Source: Podargus strigoides
Lineage: Eukaryota
Reading direction: 5' to 3'
Assembly: GCA_028020825.1 (NCBI GenBank)
Contig: CM051622.1
Coordinates: 17,824,261 to 17,888,260 of the forward strand
Length of the DNA: 64,000 nt
Of this stretch, positions 62,583 to 64,000 are shown piece after piece; positions within the stretch are counted from its first letter, which is position 1, and every line of letters begins with the position of its first letter. Below the pieces are notes generated by a model that did not search any database, was not told where the DNA came from, and saw nothing but the letters and a program-made list of their open reading frames with translations. Both the position numbers and the translations under genes were made by a program.

Positions 62583-64000
62583 CTTTTCAAACAAAAAAAT
62601 AAATGTATTAGAGACTAGCTTTACTCAGAATGTACCACGGGATTAGTGTCATCAAGACAACAGGTATTTCTTGTTTCAAAGATGTTCCATTAAGCAAGTG
62701 TAACATAAAGGAAATTAAGAATTTTTCCATCTATGAATGCACATGCTCTTTCCAGTTTGCCCAATTAACAGTTCCACTAATCTTTAATTGACCAATCTGC
62801 AAACAATAGGAATCAGAACACTCATTTCTACTGTATGGGAAAAACATTCAAATTCTTCTCTTTTAACGTTAACTTCTACTATGCTGTGTTTTTATTAAAA
62901 TGTGAAATACTTCATAGTAACTAAAGCTTTAGAAAAAGTGTGTTGTTTTGTTGTTAGTTTTTTTTTTTCTCTCCGACATCTCAGTTACAGTGAACAGCAT
63001 TGGTACAAAGGACCAAGAAAAGGAAAAAGAGCATCAGAGGATGTTAAGACTCATGAAGCTGCCTGAAAAAAAAGAATTAAAATACTGATTAAATTCAGTA
63101 ATCCAGTCCTCATTTTCTTGTGTAGCAGGAGTCCCTGACCCTGCCTCAAGACCAGCCTCAAGGGCCGTATGACGGCAGGGCATTCTGTACCCTGCCAAAC
63201 CACAGCAATGGGTAGTGGGCCTCCATGTCCACCTCTGTATCTCCAACACATACATATGTGCTAGTTCCAGCTCCTGCAAAGGAAGGACAGGAGGCCTGAT
63301 GAAGTCCTTCCATAGATCAACAATTGGACCACATTTGTCATCCAACAGGTAAGAAAAAATTCCCTTGAATTTCCCTTGTCGTTCCTTAAAATTCCAGTGA
63401 AAGCAGAAGGAAGGTACTATGCAAGTAGGAGCTATGAGCTAATGATCAAGATCCAAAGATCACTTAAGTCTTATCTCCAACCCCTTCACTTAATTAAACT
63501 TAATTTATTAAAGAAATCATACTTCTACCTGCTCTGATAATACCCTCCAAAAAACCAACTGAAACATACATCCAAAACTACATTTGACATCAGATTTTTA
63601 AATAATATATTAGATTGTTAATAACTTTCTAAGACAGGAGACTTAACAATTCCTCTTAAGATACTGTTAAACCAGCTAATATCTGTCATTTAGCCACTAT
63701 TTGATACTGCTGACAATACTGAAAAAGTGAATAAATATTTTCCTATTATGTAAAATAGAGGAGAAAACTTTTATAGCACCAGATAAGTGGTGGAATTCTA
63801 CTCTAGAGACTCACACACACACCTCCCACTTGAGTAAACAGACACAGGGATTTGTAGCTGCTAGCAGACTGGACAAGGAGATGAGCAAGTTCTTAATCCT
63901 TAACAGCAAGATCTATTAAAGTGTTCTGGACACTTTCAGCTAATGCAGTTTATACCTAGAACCTGGGAAGAGCTATGAGTAAACATATAGCCAGTTAGAG

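Noticed and set aside
63034-63345. 103-aa minus ORF upstream of the first confident CENPJ exon
   Set aside because: It does not resemble the CENPJ N-terminus. The region around 63065 has an acceptor-like site, but all three frames contain stops shortly after it. It is possibly UTR or intron; the true 5' CENPJ exon is probably beyond the window.
1-64000. Hypothesis that the window hides a prokaryote-like or otherwise compact novel system (defence island, CRISPR, operon)
   Set aside because: Base composition, pervasive canonical GT-AG introns, CR1 LINEs, microsatellites and two recognisable vertebrate genes show this is avian nuclear DNA. There are no tandem direct repeats with spacers, no rRNA or tRNA-like structures, and no dense co-oriented ORFs. 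The long ORFs in the track are explained by exons plus intronic read-through, repeats or GC-rich noise. The track also treats TTG/GTG as start codons, which inflates calls.

Overview
This window is vertebrate nuclear DNA, almost certainly avian. It is AT-rich and intron-dominated, with many CR1 (chicken-repeat-1) LINE fragments, (GT)n and mononucleotide tracts, and no prokaryotic gene organisation. It does not contain a compact novel system; it holds two convergently arranged multi-exon genes. On the + strand, from about 2.5 kb to 47 kb, is the distal approximately 30 exons of a multi-Tudor-domain gene, called here RNF17 (TDRD4). The window includes five extended-Tudor units, each split over about 5 exons. 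The terminal coding exon ends ...LVEMGLADLDE with a stop at 46918-46920 and an AATAAA at 47058. On the - strand, from about 48.7 kb to at least 62.6 kb, is most of CENPJ (CPAP). This includes the C-terminal G-box/TCP10 repeats, the coiled-coil exons and the characteristic ~1.6 kb large exon. The CENPJ stop lies at 48829-48831, only ~1.9 kb from the RNF17 stop. RNF17 and CENPJ are also adjacent and tail-to-tail on human 13q12. That synteny, together with the 5-Tudor architecture, is the main basis for the RNF17 call. Exons were located by hand from splice consensus, by exon-phase bookkeeping between neighbouring exons, and by Tudor or G-box motif content. Coordinates may be off by a base or two. 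Most ORFs in the supplied six-frame track are intronic or repeat-derived noise, and the track uses TTG/GTG as well as ATG starts. Non-genic content includes at least 8 CR1 fragments, one retaining a reverse-transcriptase remnant. There is a ~550 bp GT/GC-rich minisatellite in an RNF17 intron that produces long spurious ORFs on both strands. There is also an (A)48 tract, and two GC-rich blocks of unclear origin that may be LTR/ERV remnants or intronic CpG-rich elements.
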